NCBI GenBank assembly: GCA_050115495.1
Contig: JASFQK010000027.1
Span: 28,701 to 92,700, forward strand
DNA length: 64,000 nt
Reading direction: 5' to 3'
Source of the DNA: Phycisphaerae bacterium
Lineage (GTDB): Bacteria > Planctomycetota > Phycisphaerae > UBA1845 > Fen-1342
Numbering within the stretch: position 1 is the first letter of the stretch; the number at the start of each line of letters is the position of its first letter. The position numbers were made by a program, and so were the translations under genes. This document shows, piece after piece, positions 63,251 to 64,000 of this stretch. The notes beneath the pieces are model-generated. The model was not told the origin of the DNA. It did not search any database and saw only the letters and a list, made by a program, of their open reading frames with translations.

Positions 63251-64000
63251 ATGGCAAGAATCTGTGCTTGTGCAATGATCATGTGCCTGCTTGTGTGCGC
63301 GCCTTCGTATGGCGACTACGTCATTCGGCAGTTCGACGCAGGGTGGTGTTTCATTGGCCGTGCTGGCCAGTCGCTGGAGGAACCAACTCATTACCGGTTC
63401 GACGATCAGACAGGCGACCTTACTCTGAAGGTCGACGGCAACTGGACCGTGGTCTACCGAAGCGAGGAATCTGGCGGGGACCCCGTCGACATTCCGTTCG
63501 TCCAAGGCAGTGTCACAACCAACCAGCCCTTCACGCTGCACCTGACGGGCAAAGACCTGACCGAGTGGCTCTACCTGGACACCGTCTCGGGGAGCGGCAC
63601 ACGCGTGCTGGAAGTGCAGTTGGACGACGGCGGCGCGATGCTGCCGGCCAGCGACATCTATGCCGACGAGTTCGTGCTCCAGAACAGCACGATTCCCGGC
63701 AGCATCCAGTCGGGCGCCGTGCTGCGCGTCAAGAGTGTGGTCGATGACACGGGGTCCGGCCTGTCGATCGGCGGAGCGCTGGCCGGAACGGTCCACGTCT
63801 TTGACGATCTCTCCGGGACCATCGCCGTGGGTCAGGACCTGTCCGGACTACTGGAAATTGACGGCGATGCGGCGTCCGGGTCGGCCATCAACGTAACGGG
63901 CGCGCTGAGTGGCGACGTCAGCATCGGCGGCGACCTGGCCGGCACGCTCAGCGCCGGGAGTTGGGTCGCCGGCTCCTTGACCAATGACATCTTCATCAGC
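63248..64000 (+). CDS. Large secreted protein with Gly-rich beta-solenoid-like repeats, 3'-truncated by the window edge
   Basis: Not in the ORF track. AAGGAG RBS; signal peptide MMARICACAMIMCLLVCAPSYG; open to the end; repeats such as IGGALAGTVHV, DDLSGTIAVG and GALSGDVSIGGDLAG. Confidence 0.75.
   Translation, partial: MMARICACAMIMCLLVCAPSYGDYVIRQFDAGWCFIGRAGQSLEEPTHYRFDDQTGDLTLKVDGNWTVVYRSEESGGDPVDIPFVQGSVTTNQPFTLHLTGKDLTEWLYLDTVSGSGTRVLEVQLDDGGAMLPASDIYADEFVLQNSTIPGSIQSGAVLRVKSVVDDTGSGLSIGGALAGTVHVFDDLSGTIAVGQDLSGLLEIDGDAASGSAINVTGALSGDVSIGGDLAGTLSAGSWVAGSLTNDIFIS

Overview
A 64-kb high-GC bacterial chromosomal window, most likely Planctomycetota/Phycisphaerae (inferred from a HYExAFE-family gene, a dockerin-like tailed secreted protein, PEP-CTERM proteins and REP-like palindromes). 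It is mostly core and envelope genes: a glycosyltransferase island (1-7.6 kb), DUF4416-wecA-like-O-antigen-ligase-like genes, fabI, etfB-etfA-acyl-CoA dehydrogenase, yidC, GH16, GH57/GT4 alpha-glucan genes, infB-DUF503-rbfA, TPR-kdsD, fapA-cheX-cheR-cheB, a DtxR/MntR regulator-ferritin pair, gdhA, yebC, glnA, a hybrid histidine kinase, an S41 protease, a VIT-vWA protein and tilS. I saw no tRNA, rRNA, CRISPR array, integrase or transposase. The most unusual signals are: (1) a PEP-CTERM gene with an amber stop inside its sorting signal, bracketed by a 51-bp direct repeat that encodes the anchor tail plus the next gene's RBS; (2) a possible sigma28-controlled, Maf-like glycosylation island; (3) structured long leaders ahead of infB and of a PEP-CTERM gene; (4) an EndoIII-like protein with a histone-like tail in the infB-rbfA operon; (5) a DtxR-family regulator with a C-terminal four-Cys motif; (6) mosaic REP/REPIN-like clusters with a compensatory base change; (7) a lower-GC orphan gene bracketed by imperfect inverted repeats. 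All calls come from reading motifs by eye; no searches were run.
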